NCBI GenBank assembly: GCA_012295275.1
Contig: CM022672.1
Coordinates: 21,080,001 to 21,144,000 of the forward strand
DNA: 64,000 nucleotides
Source: Chrysomallon squamiferum
Taxonomy: Eukaryota; Animalia; Mollusca
Direction of reading: 5' to 3'
Made by a program: the position numbers and the translations under genes. Shown one piece after another: positions 35,331 through 50,147 of this stretch. Positions within the stretch are counted from its first letter, which is position 1. Every line of letters starts with the position of its first letter. The notes below the pieces were generated by a model. The model had not been told where the DNA came from. It ran no database searches and saw only the letters and a program-made list of their open reading frames with translations.

Positions 35331-38300
35331 TTATTTTTTTAGTTTTACATCTTGTTTCTTAATAAATTGAACTCCAGATACAAATGTTCCAATCTGCCCA
35401 TCCAGTCTTCCAATATCATTTTTGTCTCGCTGTCTGAAAGTAGAAAATATATATATATAATTTTTCAAAGCAATATATATATATATATATATACACACAC
35501 ATATATATATACATGCCAGTTTAATCTGAAGTATTAAATGTCAATAATTATTTTATATTATAACAGGGACAATTCTTCACTTACTGAAAAGAGATAAATT
35601 ACTTTTGATTATTTCCTGGTAATAAATCATAACATAAAACACAATAAGAAAAATGGAATAACTAAATTTTTTCAAACTACCTTTTCTTCTTCTTCTTGCT
35701 AATTTTCACACCAACAGTGTCCTTAAAAAATAAAAAATAAAATAAAATAAAATATATTTATATTAATAATGCTAATAAAAAAGTCAGTATCAATGACAAA
35801 TGAACCTGACAAACTAAACTATTTTAGATACTTTGTCTGTAACATTAAAAGCTACTGACAATGTAAACAACCTTTTCCTTCCTTGTTTTTATTTCATTTA
35901 TTTATTTTTTAATTATTATTATTTGTTTTAAAAAAAAAAAAAAAAGAATGACAAAATGCATGTATTTTCATATTCCTGTTAACAATATTATAAGAGACAT
36001 TAATTTTTTTTTTAAATTATAATTTTATGTGTTATGAGAAGTTACAAGAATTTGATAACTGGAAATTGAAAGTGAACAGTAAATAATGTTTTCAATTCAT
36101 ATAAAAATATTATTTTACATAAATACATCAGTGTGGTTTATGAATATGTAACTGGATATAGCTGAATTAATTTAAGTATGCACAGCTAAGTTTATTCCAA
36201 AACACTTTACTATACAGATATAAATATTCATTTATTCTTACTTCAGTTGTTTTGTTATGTTCTTGAAATTCCATTTTCCTCTTTGCCTGATATTCTTTAT
36301 AGTTGTAATATTTATTTTTAGGGGGCTGTCAGAAATTTAAAATAAAAGAAGAAAAATACCACTGAAAATCATTATGAAAAACAAATATAAACAAAAACAT
36401 AAATGATAATCTTCATGTTTGTTATTTGCACGTGTACAATACTAATAATTTTGGTTATAATTAATTACTTTATTACATTCAATTCTCAAAGTACTTTTTT
36501 CAAACAGACACACTATAATTCTTACTGCCACTGAATACTTTACATAAATACTGAAAATATAACATTCAGAAAATGACCTTTTCATTATTTAATATAGTGT
36601 AGCTACATAGTACTAACAAGCAAGATTTACCTTTGCACCTAGACTAATCAATAATGAAGTCATAGCTTCGTCCTTCTTCACTTCATCAAAACCTTTTATT
36701 CCGAACTTGCGAACATCATATCTGGCCTGCTTCAAGTCAAATCCTGGCAGTGTCTCAGGATTTGGCTCACCGGATGTAACATTATCTTCTGTCTAAATGT
36801 TTAGTGAACACAACCAACATAAATAAAGAAAACAAACAACAACTGTACAAATAAGCCGTAATATGGTTTCAATCTCAAGCTTATTTAGTTATTAGCAATA
36901 TTAAACAAAAATTTAAATTAAATTAAATTAAATTATGTACACAGAGTAATACACACAAACACACACATACACAATAATAATTATTAATAAAGAAATAATA
37001 GAATAACTTTGATAAATAAAGACAATGAAAATTCTCAAAGAGATATTGTTAATTTTTAAAGATGATTTTTAAAATTAACAAATATTTTGATTTTTACATT
37101 CATTTCAAAAATACTCTTAACTAATTAAAAATGTTTAAATATTTACAGATTTTTTCTTTCTTTTGGCTGGATCATGAAAAACTATCACTTCAGGCTCTGC
37201 TTTCCTTTTATGATTTGATGATGTCTGTGTCATGTCAACATGATTTTTTTCATTGTTTGTTTTGCTATTTGAAACAGAATTATTAGTTAATGCTTCTGGT
37301 CCCAAAACATCCTTTATCCACTGTTCTTTTTTCGATGTCAATTTTTTGTCATTATCCTCTTCTTCATTTTTATTACACATTTCAGTGTTATTGTTATCAG
37401 TATGCTTCTTTTTCTTTTTATTCTTTTTCTTTCTTCTTGTTTTATTTTCTCCTGAGGAAAAACTGTCATGTGTTCCAATACCTTGTTTTCTTTGATTTGC
37501 ATGTTTTATATTTTCTTCATGAAATTCAAGACTGTTTCCTGGAATTAAATTATAAATATTAATAATGCTAATAAATAAATAAATAAATAAAATAAATTAC
37601 TTTCAAGCTATATATCTATAATTTAATAATAATAATAATAATTAAAAAATAAAGTAATGAACAAAATGAATAAATAAAAACAACAAAACAAAGATAACCT
37701 GAAAGTAAAAACATATATTTTTACATGTGACAGTTGAACCAGGTCTCAGCTACTTGTAGAAGCATTCTTTTGTATTAGGAAAGTAAGCAGAAAGGTTAGA
37801 GATTTTGCAAAACAACACAGGCTAATGGGATTATGCACTTCTTAAAGTTCTTATGAAGAATAAATCTGATAGATACAACTTTTTCTCCACTATATTTTGT
37901 TCAAGTATAATTATTTATAAACTGATACAATTCATAGCATATTGTTGCTTCTTTGAATTGATTAAACTTTAAAGATGCTTTTAAGAGTGTCAGGCAACCT
38001 TATATTTGAAACAGTACATCTCATCACAAATATGAATATAATTATATATATTATATGGCTACCAAAAGTATCGTCCCTGTCGGCCTGTGTGAAAACAACC
38101 TCGGTTCCTACCAAAACGTCCCCGTCACACTTAAAACTGACCAATTGTTTGAAAGAAGTGGAATCAAATTCAGTGACATGTCAACCCTATTCATAATTCA
38201 GCATTAGGCCTATACAGTATACTGCTATAGTAATAATGTTGGAAGAAAAATATGTATAGGCTAACACTGACAAACATCACAGAAAAGACCTTTAAACTAA

Positions 38301-38579
38301 AGTTTGATTAGTATTTATTTTGAGGAATTAATGACCAAATTTCATGAAGATGTATTTACCATATTCTTCTAATTTCTTCAGCAAAATAGTTTCACGAGCC
38401 TTCATCTTCTGAAATATAATTAAAGATTGAATAATTATTTTATCCTAAATTTTATATTATTACTAAACGAAAATTTATAATTATCAATAATGATATTTAT
38501 ACTCTACAAAATAAAACAGTTTAATTAATAATCTAGGTTTGCAATTCATCCATACTTTGCCAGATATGGGCGCGGACAT
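35331..38579 (-). CDS. C1orf131: C1orf131/FSAF1 homolog (DUF4602; 40S small-subunit processome assembly factor), 284 aa
   Basis: Exons 38579-38556, 38408-38360, 37538-37147, 36792-36631, 36325-36242, 35721-35681, 35433-35331 (855 nt). Lys-rich protein with family motifs PEVIVFHDP, FDLKQARYDVRKFGIKGF, LGAKPPKNKYYNYKEY and DGQIGTF. Confidence 0.88.
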
Positions 38580-39365
38580 CTTTGTTTATATCCTCGATTA
38601 TTACCGCCAAGGAAGAACATTTTCAGTGTTATTTCATAAGACTAATTAATTATGAAGACTACTCAAGCACGTTGGAAAAGCTTTATCGCGACTTTCGTCA
38701 CTTAGGATATTTGTTTTTTGTTGTTGTTTTTTTGTTCGGTTTGATTCCAAGAAAACACCAGCTAGCCTATTTTATTGTTATTATTATTATTATTTTTTAT
38801 AATAATTTGACATCTGTCATCTGTTACAAATAATACACTGGCAAAGTAAAACCCTGATAATAATAATCATTGATAATGCTGTTTCAGTGTTTGTTACCAA
38901 TACCTGTTAAAAGTGTTACTGTTAGTGTTACTGTCAGTAACTGATATGGTAATAATACTGTTAACAGAAATTATTATGACAAAGATCACGAGTTTGTAAA
39001 TTTGTTTTATATAAACTCGGATAAAATAATCACAGAATTTCTTGTGCACATTTTATTTATTTATTTTCTATGTTTTTAATTTTACAGAATCTCAGAATGC
39101 AATTTAAAAAAACAAAACAACCCCCCCCATATACTATTTATTAAAGCATTAACCAGATAACATCTAAAAATACTCCAATATTTAGGCATCATTATTATAT
39201 TATCCTTTCGTATTAATAATATGTCCTTTAAGCTTTTTTGTTTTTATTTAATGTGATATTCCATTTAACTTTAAAGGGGATTTTGTAATGATGGACATAT
39301 GAGAACTTTACCATATCCTTATTGAAAAGAGGATCCACGTTTATCACAGAAAAACAAAAACAAAA
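38580..39365. promoter_or_regulatory. Bidirectional promoter region between the C1orf131 homolog and TRUB2
   Basis: Divergent ATGs lie ~790 bp apart, with a CpG cluster at 38570-38740 and a YY1-like aagatgtccgcgcccat context at the C1orf131 start codon. Confidence 0.6.
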
Positions 39366-40667
39366 ATGAAATTCAATTGGGCTCCATCTGTATACAGAAA
39401 TCTAAATGGCATTCTGTGTATATACAAACCAACAGGTCTTCCTGTTCACAAAGTAACTGAAATTATTCAAGGAAATATTGTCAGAGGTTTGTATGTTGTA
39501 ATCTTGTCAAAATTCTGTCAAAATTTATGTGTGTATAAAACATATTAAAGGAAAATCAGAACAAAGAACTGTGCATAACAATGATACATTTTATCTTTGC
39601 AGGAATACAGATTAGTCTGAAAATATACACTCAGAAATGCAGATATACATAGGCACACATTATGTCCTTGGAATTAATGACATGGACTGTTATCTTTTAC
39701 CAACAAAATAAATATATATATATATATATTGTTAATTTTTCATATATCATCATAAATTTTATTAAATCTTTTGTTAGCTATAGTTTGAAAATATGTATCA
39801 TTTTCATGTACAAGATTATCAAATTGTTTTAATTTATTTGTTATCTTTAATTACAGATTTGAATGCTTTACCTTGTTACAAATATGAATATCAACAAAAA
39901 ATTCCTGAAGCAGATAACGATATTTCAAAACCTAACACATCTTCAATGCCAACAGTGGTCACACAACCAGCTGTCCAAGAAGATTTGTCAGAGCACAGAT
40001 TAGGTAATTTTATTTACATACCTTAAACATCTTATTGACCTTAATCAAATTGAGATTTTTAAATTATCATTTCATAATAGTATTTTAATGTCTTTTTTTT
40101 TTCTTCAGATTTAATGTCCATATTATTTAAGATTTAGTAGAAAACACAATTCTTCACTAAAGTTGTTTCAGTATTTCCATTAAAATTCAAAATTTAAAAC
40201 AAATATTTTATTATTTTGTAGTCTCAATAACAGTAGATTATAATCACAGTTTATTTTTGCATTTCAGTAATTAAATTTCATTGTAATTCATCAAAAATGA
40301 AGATAAATTTACTTTTTTAATTTCAGTTCTTGGGCCTCGATATATTCCCTCAGACATAAAAATGCAGGAGATCCATGGGTTATCACGTCATGCTTCAGGA
40401 GTGCTGGGTAATTTGTTTACAAGTAGCTAACTCAGTATTTGAAGAAAAAAAAATGAAATTCATGAGGGCTCTTTTATATTGTCAGTCTTGTGTAGTAAAA
40501 TAGAAAACTCACTATGATTCTTTGGTATCTGCCACAGTTCTACGTAGTGTATCACCTCTGCACTATAATGTGTTTCTTAACTCAGACTATTAAAAAAAGA
40601 TTATCCAAATTAGAATGTTTCTATATGACATTTGGAAAAGTTGTTATTACATTATACTATTACACAG

Positions 40668-40707
<40 letters not shown>

Positions 40708-41448
40708 CTTTGCTTTTTATCAGTGAAAATCTAAATTCATTACTTAATTTGGTATTTTATTTCAGTGTATGGAGTTGGAAGAGGTTGTCAGTATTTAGAA
40801 CACATAGCACAAGCAAAATATCTCAGAGTAAGTAAAAACAGAAACAAATAGATATTCTAAATAAACACTTGAATAGTTTAATTAAATATATGTACTATAT
40901 CAGTACATTAGTGAAACTGGTTTCTTTTAGTTTTGTAATTTTAATTCAGAATTAAAATATAATTTAAAATGTATTTCATACATTTTCTTTCAAAAGCACT
41001 TTTTGGATATTGACAATTTGTTGTTGGTCTGATCATTTCAGAATAGAGGGAAGCAAATACTAAAACTTGCAGTTAAAAAAATATATATATACATATTATT
41101 AATTAATTTTTATATTATTTTATTTTTGTTTTATTGTTATATATTATTTTGAATGCAGTTTTTCCAGAAAATCATTGCTTATTCAGAACTGTTTCTGTTA
41201 TTATTAGGTCTATCATGTGAAAGGAAAATTTGGCTGGGCAACTGAGAACTTTTCCCCAAAAGGCAGAATTATTGAAAGAACGTCTTTTCGTGAGTTTTTA
41301 AAAACATGATAATGAGTTCATACTATATTGTGGAAACCAGAATTATATATGTTCTCAGAGTTATTTATAGAATTTACAAAGTAGCCATGTCCTTTTTCAA
41401 ACTGAAACAACAGAAGAATCAGTAATTTTATTTTCTTATTTTTTTAAT

Positions 41449-41537
<89 letters not shown>

Positions 41538-43450
41538 ATTTCTTTTAAACACCACTTTTGATTTTTTAGGGTATTATATATCATTTATTTATTTCAGAAT
41601 TTTTTAAATCAGTCAAAAAATGCTAGTAACTTTCATTGTATTCTGTTTAATACCCTTGATGTAGTTCACTTTAACTATCTGCTTATTTTGGAACTTAATA
41701 TGAATTTAGCTTTTCAGTCCAGTTCATTATCTGAAAGGGAAATTTATTATTGCTAAAACTGAAAACAAACTAAAGTAAAGAGGCAATTATTGTTTAATTT
41801 ATTATTTTTTTAATTTTAATTTTTATTATGATTATCAGTAGTTTTGAGTAAATAATTTCGCTAATAATGGAATAAACATATGAGTACTGTTTTTTTATGT
41901 GTTTAAATTGTTTTACAAATTTTGGATACTTTTTATAACATTATAATTTTATATTGTTAATAAAGTTTATGTCAGAGTTGATTGTTATATTTCAGGTCAC
42001 ATAACAAAACCCAAACTGGATAAGGTTTGTGCATCAGCGCAGGCTGGCCATACTAAGCATATGTTTGAGTAAGCTTTGCTGCGTTTTTTTTTTTTCTTGC
42101 ACAATCTTAGTAAACTTAATTAAATAACTAATTTAGAAATGACATTAAGCTTATTTTTTAAATCTATATCCATTAATAATTAATTATTTAGCTGATTGTT
42201 TGTATGTACATTTACTGGCAGTTCAGAAAACTCTTTTAATCCATATATTACTTTTTTATTCTGTATCAGAGAATGTTTTTAGATTATTTTTGTTGTTGTT
42301 GAATAGTATTTATTATTATTAAGAACATATATATAATTTGTGCAGATTTCCATTTTATGTCATTTTACCAATATTTGTTGGCCAGTTTTTTGTGGTTCTT
42401 ATTAATTTATATTCATTGTGTTTTCTTATAGTTTTTTTTTTCTATTTGTGTTTTAATAATTTTTGCCTGCAAAAGGCTGTGATATATGGGTCATGACTTC
42501 TTCAGTGTCATTATATATTAATAGTATTTATCTTGTTATTTCTGCTCTGTTGTGATAATTTATATTAGTATCTCCATGGTAAATAATCCCTTTATTTATA
42601 GATATGCAGGAGTTGATCCTGACAGCCAGGAAGCTTATGAGTTAGCTGAAAAGGGACTTGTTCGACCAGCACATGGACAGACTCCTCCTATGTTGTACAG
42701 TGTGAAATGTATTGAGTTCAGCCCTCCAGAATTCACTCTTGGTTAGTACTCTGAAGCATGGTTGAGAACAAAGGAAAAACAACACACATACATTCCTAAT
42801 ATACATCAGAATTATTTTGATACAAATATAAAATGTTTGTAATAATTACTTAATTTTACTTAACAGATATGAAAAATCATTCTGGATGTCAAATTAATTT
42901 AAAAAAGAACAATAAACTTATTAGCAGCAATACTGATATTTTATTTTGTTATTTTTTTATTTTTGTAATCATAACTACAGTCTTAACTTTAATCATTTAT
43001 AGTTCGTGCATAATAACTCTAGGATAGAATAACCACAGAATTTGTAATATTTATTTTATTGAACTCATTAAATTCCTTGTTTTATTTTCAGAAATCCATG
43101 CCATCAATGAAAAGTGTACCTATCTTGGTCATCTTATTCACGACATTGGTATCCAGTTGAAATCTGGAGCAGTATGCACTCACATTAGACGTGTGCGATA
43201 CGGTCATTTTCTTCTGGAACACGCCCTGTTGAGACACCACTGGACACTGCAGAACATTTTGTCAAATCTGAGACTGTGCAGACCATTAGTTTCAGTGGAT
43301 AAACTGCTGTCTGACAGGACATTTAATCAACTTGCACCAGGTCCAGATATGAAGAAAATCACATCTGGAAATGTGAGAGACACCATGTCTGACACACACA
43401 AAATAAGAACAGATAATATTATTTCATTGTTGAGAAGTGAAAATAAATAA
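39366..43450 (+). CDS. TRUB2: Mitochondrial TruB-family pseudouridine synthase 2 homolog, 354 aa
   Basis: Exons 39366-39486, 39857-40003, 40327-40407, 40766-40827, 41208-41289, 41996-42068, 42602-42741, 43092-43450 (1065 nt). Motifs: LNGILCIYKPTG, DLSEHRLVLGPRY, ASGVLVYGVG, YHVKGKFGWATENF, SQEAYELAEKGLVRP, LIHDIGIQLKSGAVCTHIRRVRYGHF, HALLRHHWT. Confidence 0.92.
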
Positions 43451-43659
43451 CAAAATTTATTTAAATGTTTTCAAAGTATTACAACTCGTATGTGCATTCA
43501 CAAGTACTGATTTTATATGTTGTTAAATGCTCATTATCTGCAAGAGGACAATTACTTTTTTTGAGGTTGTTGTTGATTCTGAAATGTAATTTAACATATT
43601 GCTTATTTAAATGGTCAATAATAATAGTAATAATAATAATAAAAAAAAGTTCTTGACAA

Positions 43660-45161
43660 GGGAGTAATTTGGTACATGATTTACTGAAATGTATTTTTGG
43701 ATGATTTGAAATCGACAAGACTGAAGATAAAATCAGTAACAACAACAACAACGAAAAAAAAAGTAAAGAAAAAGGAGCAAACAACAACAACAAAACAAAT
43801 AAATAATAATAATAAATAAAACAACAAATTAATATATATATAATAAATGTATATATCAGCTCATTTGATAAATTTATTTAATGATACAGATTCAAAATAA
43901 TTTAACTATTTAAAATGATAATAATAATCATTAGAACAACAACACAACAACTACAAAAAGAAAATATATATATTATACAAATAAAATGAAAAAGAAAAAA
44001 AAAAAAAAACATCTGTTATTTGAAATCTGAGTCAACTATTGAATACATTTTATCTTTCATGGATATGTCGCTGTTGTTTAAGTGAAGATATCTTGTTCGA
44101 TTAGAAGCAGATTGCAAGAAAAACAAACAAGCAAAAAACACCTGTTAATTTATAGCGAGAGGGAATACGCAATGAAAGAATGTTTTATGTGCAAGTGCTT
44201 TTGATAAAAAAAAGATCCTCTCCTCCAAAAATATATATCATACTAACATTTCTTCTTATTGTTAATGGTGCATTTTTATTTAACAGATTAATTTTAATGC
44301 AATTTATCATTAGCATAGGCCTGAATTTTTTTTTTTCTTATTTTTTTTTTTTTTTTTAAACATACGTGTATCTAAGCTGACTCATGCACATCTTTAGGCC
44401 GATCGCTTCTGCTTATTGAAAAGTTCATTAAAATTCACTTTATTTTAATTTATTTTATTTCATTATTATTATTTGTTTTTATCACTAATTTTAATTATTC
44501 TTCATTGTACTTCTTCTTTTTAAGTTATTCTGGTGAAATTAAAAATGTTTTAGACTTATTAACATATCAATCGACATTTTTTACATCGATGTTTTTTACG
44601 ACAGTTTTAAATGTCTCTTTATAATTTGAAATCGTCCAGTGGATAACTCCCTGTAAAATAAAATAAATAAGAAATAAAAAATATGGATAGGCAGCAAAAA
44701 ATATTTCAAAGAAGACAACAGAGACTGAGAGTGTTTGTAGTGAATGTCGCAATAAGAATGAAAATTAAAAAGAATCAGACATTCTACCTCTGAATTAACA
44801 AATTTGACCGATATTTTTAAATGTAACTAAATTAATCTTCCTTTAGTGATTCAGATAAAACCAGAAAATAATTTTATAAATATTTTGTGTCTTTAGATGT
44901 TTCGGGGTGGGTGTGTTTTTTTTTTTTTACTAAAAAAAAAAAAAAAAAAAAAATAAATTGAAATTAAAAAAAAAAAATTAATAATAGCAACAACAACCGC
45001 AATAATAATAACAAAAACAGCAACAGCCACAGGAAAAATAAAAATAAAAATAAAATAAAATAAAGATAATAAAAAACATCTGTTGTTTGAAATCTAAGTC
45101 AAATATTGAATACATGTGTTCTCATTTCCATTTTACAAATATAGTTTCGTTTTCTTCCTTG

Positions 45162-45193
<32 letters not shown>

Positions 45194-45572
45194 AAAATAG
45201 CAACAACAACCATAATAACAAAAAAAAAAAAAAAATAAAGATAATAAAAAACATCTGTTGTTTGAAATCTAAGTCAAATATTGACTACATGTGTTCTCAT
45301 TTCCATTTTACAAATATAGTTTCGTTTTCTTCCTTGAAAAAAAAAAAAAAAAAATAAAAAAAATAATAATAATAGCAACAACAACCATAATAACAAAAAC
45401 AACAAAATAAAATAAAATAAAGATAATAAAAAACATCTTAAAAAACAAATTTAAATAAAAATTTAAGTTAAATATTGAATACATTTGTTCTCTCCTGGAT
45501 ATGTTGCTATTGCTTAACTGAAGATATCTAACTCCATCTGAAGTCGATTACAAGAAAAAAATAAACAATGTT

Positions 45573-45652
<80 letters not shown>

Positions 45653-46147
45653 TGTGTGTGTGTGTGTACCCAATGAAAAAAATGTTTTATGTGCACGTAC
45701 TTTTGATAAATTTTATGGAGGACAGAAAAAGGACCCTATACTCGAAAAATATATATCATACTGAAATTTATTTTGTTTCTTCTTATTGTTAATGCTGCAT
45801 TTTTATTTATGTTTAATTCAACATTTTAATGCAATTGATTATCATCATAGGTTTGGGGGTGTTGTTTTGTTTTCACACAGGTATATCTAAGCTTTAAGTA
45901 TAACTTCACTGCTGGCTCATGCACTTTTTTCATTCCTTCGCTTCAAGTATCCTTATTGAAAAATTCATTAAAACTCACATTATTTTACTTTACAGAGATA
46001 AGCGCTGGTAAATACATTCAAAATTATTTCGTTCACTATTAAACATTTGTTATGTGCTCTTTTTTTCTTTTTTCTTTTTTTCTTTCTTTTATTATTCCTT
46101 GATATATATTTTTTTCTTGCTATTTCACAGTTGTTATTATTTTAAAA

Positions 46148-46198
<51 letters not shown>

Positions 46199-46975
46199 TT
46201 GATTTGGTTTATTCCATGTTTGAAAATAAATCATTTCATTTTAACAATCCTGTCATAACTTCTTTTCATTCATGAAAAAAACATTAAAAAAAAAAAAAAA
46301 AATAAAAAAAATAAAAATAAAAATAATAAATAAATAAATAAATAAACAAATAAACAAATAAATAAGAACAAAATATATGAATGGGTAGCACAAAATATTC
46401 CAAAGAAGACAAGAGTGACTGAGAAAGTAAGACGTGACTGTCGCAACAAAAGAGAGTGATAATCAAAAACGTTTAGTCATTCTACCTTTGAATTAGCAAA
46501 CTTGACAGAGATTCTTAAATGTAATCAAATTAATTTTCCTTTAGTGATTCAGATAAAACCAGAAAATGATTTTATAAATATTTTGCATTTTAGATGGGGG
46601 TTTTGTATACTAAATATCAACATACGAGTATGAATGCTCTTCTTTATACAGGTTTTAAAAGGTGCAGCATAAAAATATTAATCAAATACAGATTCTAAAC
46701 GATCAGAGTTGCAATATATTGATGTACTAGATCAGGGTATATTTATTAATAAATTTGCTTTGGTGTAGTTTTCATTGTCCATTTTACAAAGATCCTTTCT
46801 TTAAGGGAATAATTTGGTACGTGATTTACTGAAAAGTATTTATGGACGATTTCAAATCGACAAGAATAACATATATCTGTAAAAATAACACTACTGAAAA
46901 TAAAAACAATAATAAGTAGAAAACAACAACAATAAAACAAAGAAAAAAGTAACAAAAAGTAACAGCAATGAAACA

Positions 46976-47010
<35 letters not shown>

Positions 47011-47017
47011 CAACAAA

Positions 47018-47056
<39 letters not shown>

Positions 47057-47154
47057 AACAACCACTTAATATATAGCTATTCAGTTTCGATATCGGCTCG
47101 TTTAATCCACGTATTTAATGATATCGATTCAAAATTGTTTAACTGTATTTAAAA

Positions 47155-47205
<51 letters not shown>

Positions 47206-49623
47206 CTGAATTAACTTTTTCTCCTGGATATGTCGCCATTGTTTAATTGAAGATATCTTGCTCCATTTCAACCAGACTGCAAGAAAAAAACACAAAAACA
47301 AAATAGGTGTTAATTTGAGGGAGAGAAAGGAGAAAAAAAAAAAAATTCCTTGCTTATGTTTGACATTGGTAGAGTTTTCGCTGAATTTTAGTTAATTAAA
47401 ATTTGACTGCCTGCAGTGAAATTAAAGATTAAGCAGCATCTGGTGGTTGCTGTTATTTTTTGATCAACTGAGTGTACTAGGAACGTACGTGAAATTCTCG
47501 TCACGCACGTACGCAGATACAATTCTACTGATTTTTAGTAAAGCACTTTTTTGGGGGGTAGCAAACAGTAACGATTTCTGGCTAATCACGTCTTTTTCAG
47601 TGGGGTTATTCCATGACAAATTGATCAGGACAACCAACTACAGCATAGTGGCTATTCACACCAAATCTGATATTAATATAGTAAGCACACGATTTCAAGG
47701 CTACAAATTATAGTGTGCATCATGGTCTGTATTTGTCATTTAGAGAAGCTGGACGACTGTAAAGTCCATTTTAGACATCTGGGTGGCTAGTATAACATTC
47801 AGCAGTGTATTTAAAGAAGAAAAATAAATTAAATTTCAGTACAGAAATAATGTTCTTGCTATCAAGTTATATTTCCGTCTGGTGTTTTATCTAGGCTGAG
47901 CGTGTCCTTTTTATCTCTCTCAATATAATTTAACAGTAGCACGTTCTCATAAAAGGACATAAAAGGACAAAATAAAATGTTAACGTTCAGATCAAGTTTA
48001 TATTTCGTAACTGGAAACGTTAGCACATTCATCCCTTTGGGCCTGATTTTTAATTCTTTTGATCTCTTTCTCCTTATACAAGTTTTGAAAAGTGCAAGCT
48101 ACAAGATGAAAATAAGAAATTAATTTTCTTGTTTTACTGACCATTTGTCAAAAATTCTCAACGACCAACATTTACAGTACATCATTGTATTTAAACGGCT
48201 TATATTTATTGATACATTTGCTTTGATGTAGTTTTCGTGCACATTTCAGAATGATACTTTCTTCATTTTAATTTTTTTTAAAAGGTTTAGACTGTACAAT
48301 GATGGTAAACGTTCTTAATAGAAGAGTAACTTGGGACCTGATTTCCTCAAAAGTATATGTGGAAAATCACACGACAGAATAATAAATAAATAAATAAATA
48401 AATAAATAAAGGGAAAAAAAAAAAAAAAGAAAAATTTCATAAAACAAACAACCACAGCTCAAAAAATTCTCCCAATAATCAAACACAAATTTATAAATTT
48501 CTATTAAGGTTCGTTTTAAATATATTAAAAATATTCTGCCTCTGAATTAGCAAATTTGATGAGATTTTTAAATGCAACTAATTGAATCTTTCTTAAGAAA
48601 TTCAAATAAAATTAGCAATCTTTGGCTTCAGCAGAAAGAAATGTCAAAACCATTACTTAGTGTGAGCTTTTTGACCCACTCAGTACTCTGTAACAGCTCC
48701 ATAAGACAAAAAAAAAAAAAAAAAAAAAGAAAAGAAAAAGAGAAGATTGACGATAAGCGAGAGAAAAAAAAAAAAAAAAATACTTTTTGAATCTTTCAAC
48801 AATACGTGACTCGTGTAAAGCAGATGTTCTACAGAAATAATTAGCAAACTTTTCGCTGAATTTCAGTTAATTGAAAGTTGACTGCCTGCAGTGAAATCAG
48901 AAATTAACCATCTGTTGTATAAAGTGAACATATGTACGAACGCATTCGTCAAGCACGTACACATAAGCACTGTTTTTAGACTCAGCATGATAATCATATT
49001 CATACTTTTCAGTGAGCTTTGGGGAGCTGGTGCACGAACTGTTAGGGACCCCTTGGCAATCATCAACGACGTCTGTTATCCTCTTCATTGATGTTGTTCC
49101 ATGACAAAATGGTCAAGACAACCATTTATAGTTCATTAGCTGTTCTTCCCTAACTTTCCACATTCAAAGTAGTAACGGACCGATCATTACAGAGTATCTA
49201 TAATTTTTAAGCGGTGTGGACTAAAGTCGCTTCTATGGTTCGTTGGGGATTGTGAGGCTTTAACTTCATTAGTTTCATAGAAAGTCCACTTTGAATAAGC
49301 AGAAAGAAAAAGGATTTTCAATGAAACTAATTAAGTTAGAGCTTCATGGCCCATAATCCCGAGGGAAACATAGAATCGACTTTAGTCCATATTGCTAAAA
49401 AAACATAATGTATGAAAGGATGAGTGGCGGTTTGTTTAGAAATGGCTACCCTATTAACGGTTTTCATCTTAATTTTAATGAATTTTGATACTTGTACTGT
49501 GAGTACATGACCTGCAAATCATATGTAATGTGTTATGTATATTGTCATAAAGAGAAGCATAAGAACTTTAAAGTCCAATTATCATATACTTCTAGACAAA
49601 TATATACATATGTACATACAAAA

Positions 49624-49654
<31 letters not shown>

Positions 49655-50064
49655 TGGGTGGCTAATATGAAATTTAGCAATGTATTTAAAGAAGAACATA
49701 AATTAAATTTCAGTACAGAAATAATGTTCTTGCTATCAAGTTATATTTCCGTCTGGTGTTTTATCTAGGCTGAACGTGTCCTTTTTATCTCTCTCAATAT
49801 AATTTAACAGTAGCACGTTCTCATAAAAGGAATTTTTTTTTTTCAAGTTCTAATAATTTAATTTTATGACGAATGGTAAACCATTGAATGGCTTTATTCT
49901 AATAAATGTAATTCAGATTTGCATTTTCTTTTTGATGTTTTTGCTAGCTATTTATGCTTTTTAAAATACATAAATTTTACTGGAAAGTGATTATACTAAT
50001 CTCATGCTGTTTTATCCCTGTTTTTTTTTTTTTTTTTTTTTTTTTTTAGCAACATTTTTAAGCA

Positions 50065-50147
<83 letters not shown>

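Noticed and set aside
47447-49091. Short ORFs (88, 72, 67, 66, 63 aa) upstream of the M4 gene as accessory genes
   Set aside because: They overlap duplicated non-coding modules whose other copies do not keep the frames, and show no recognisable motifs.
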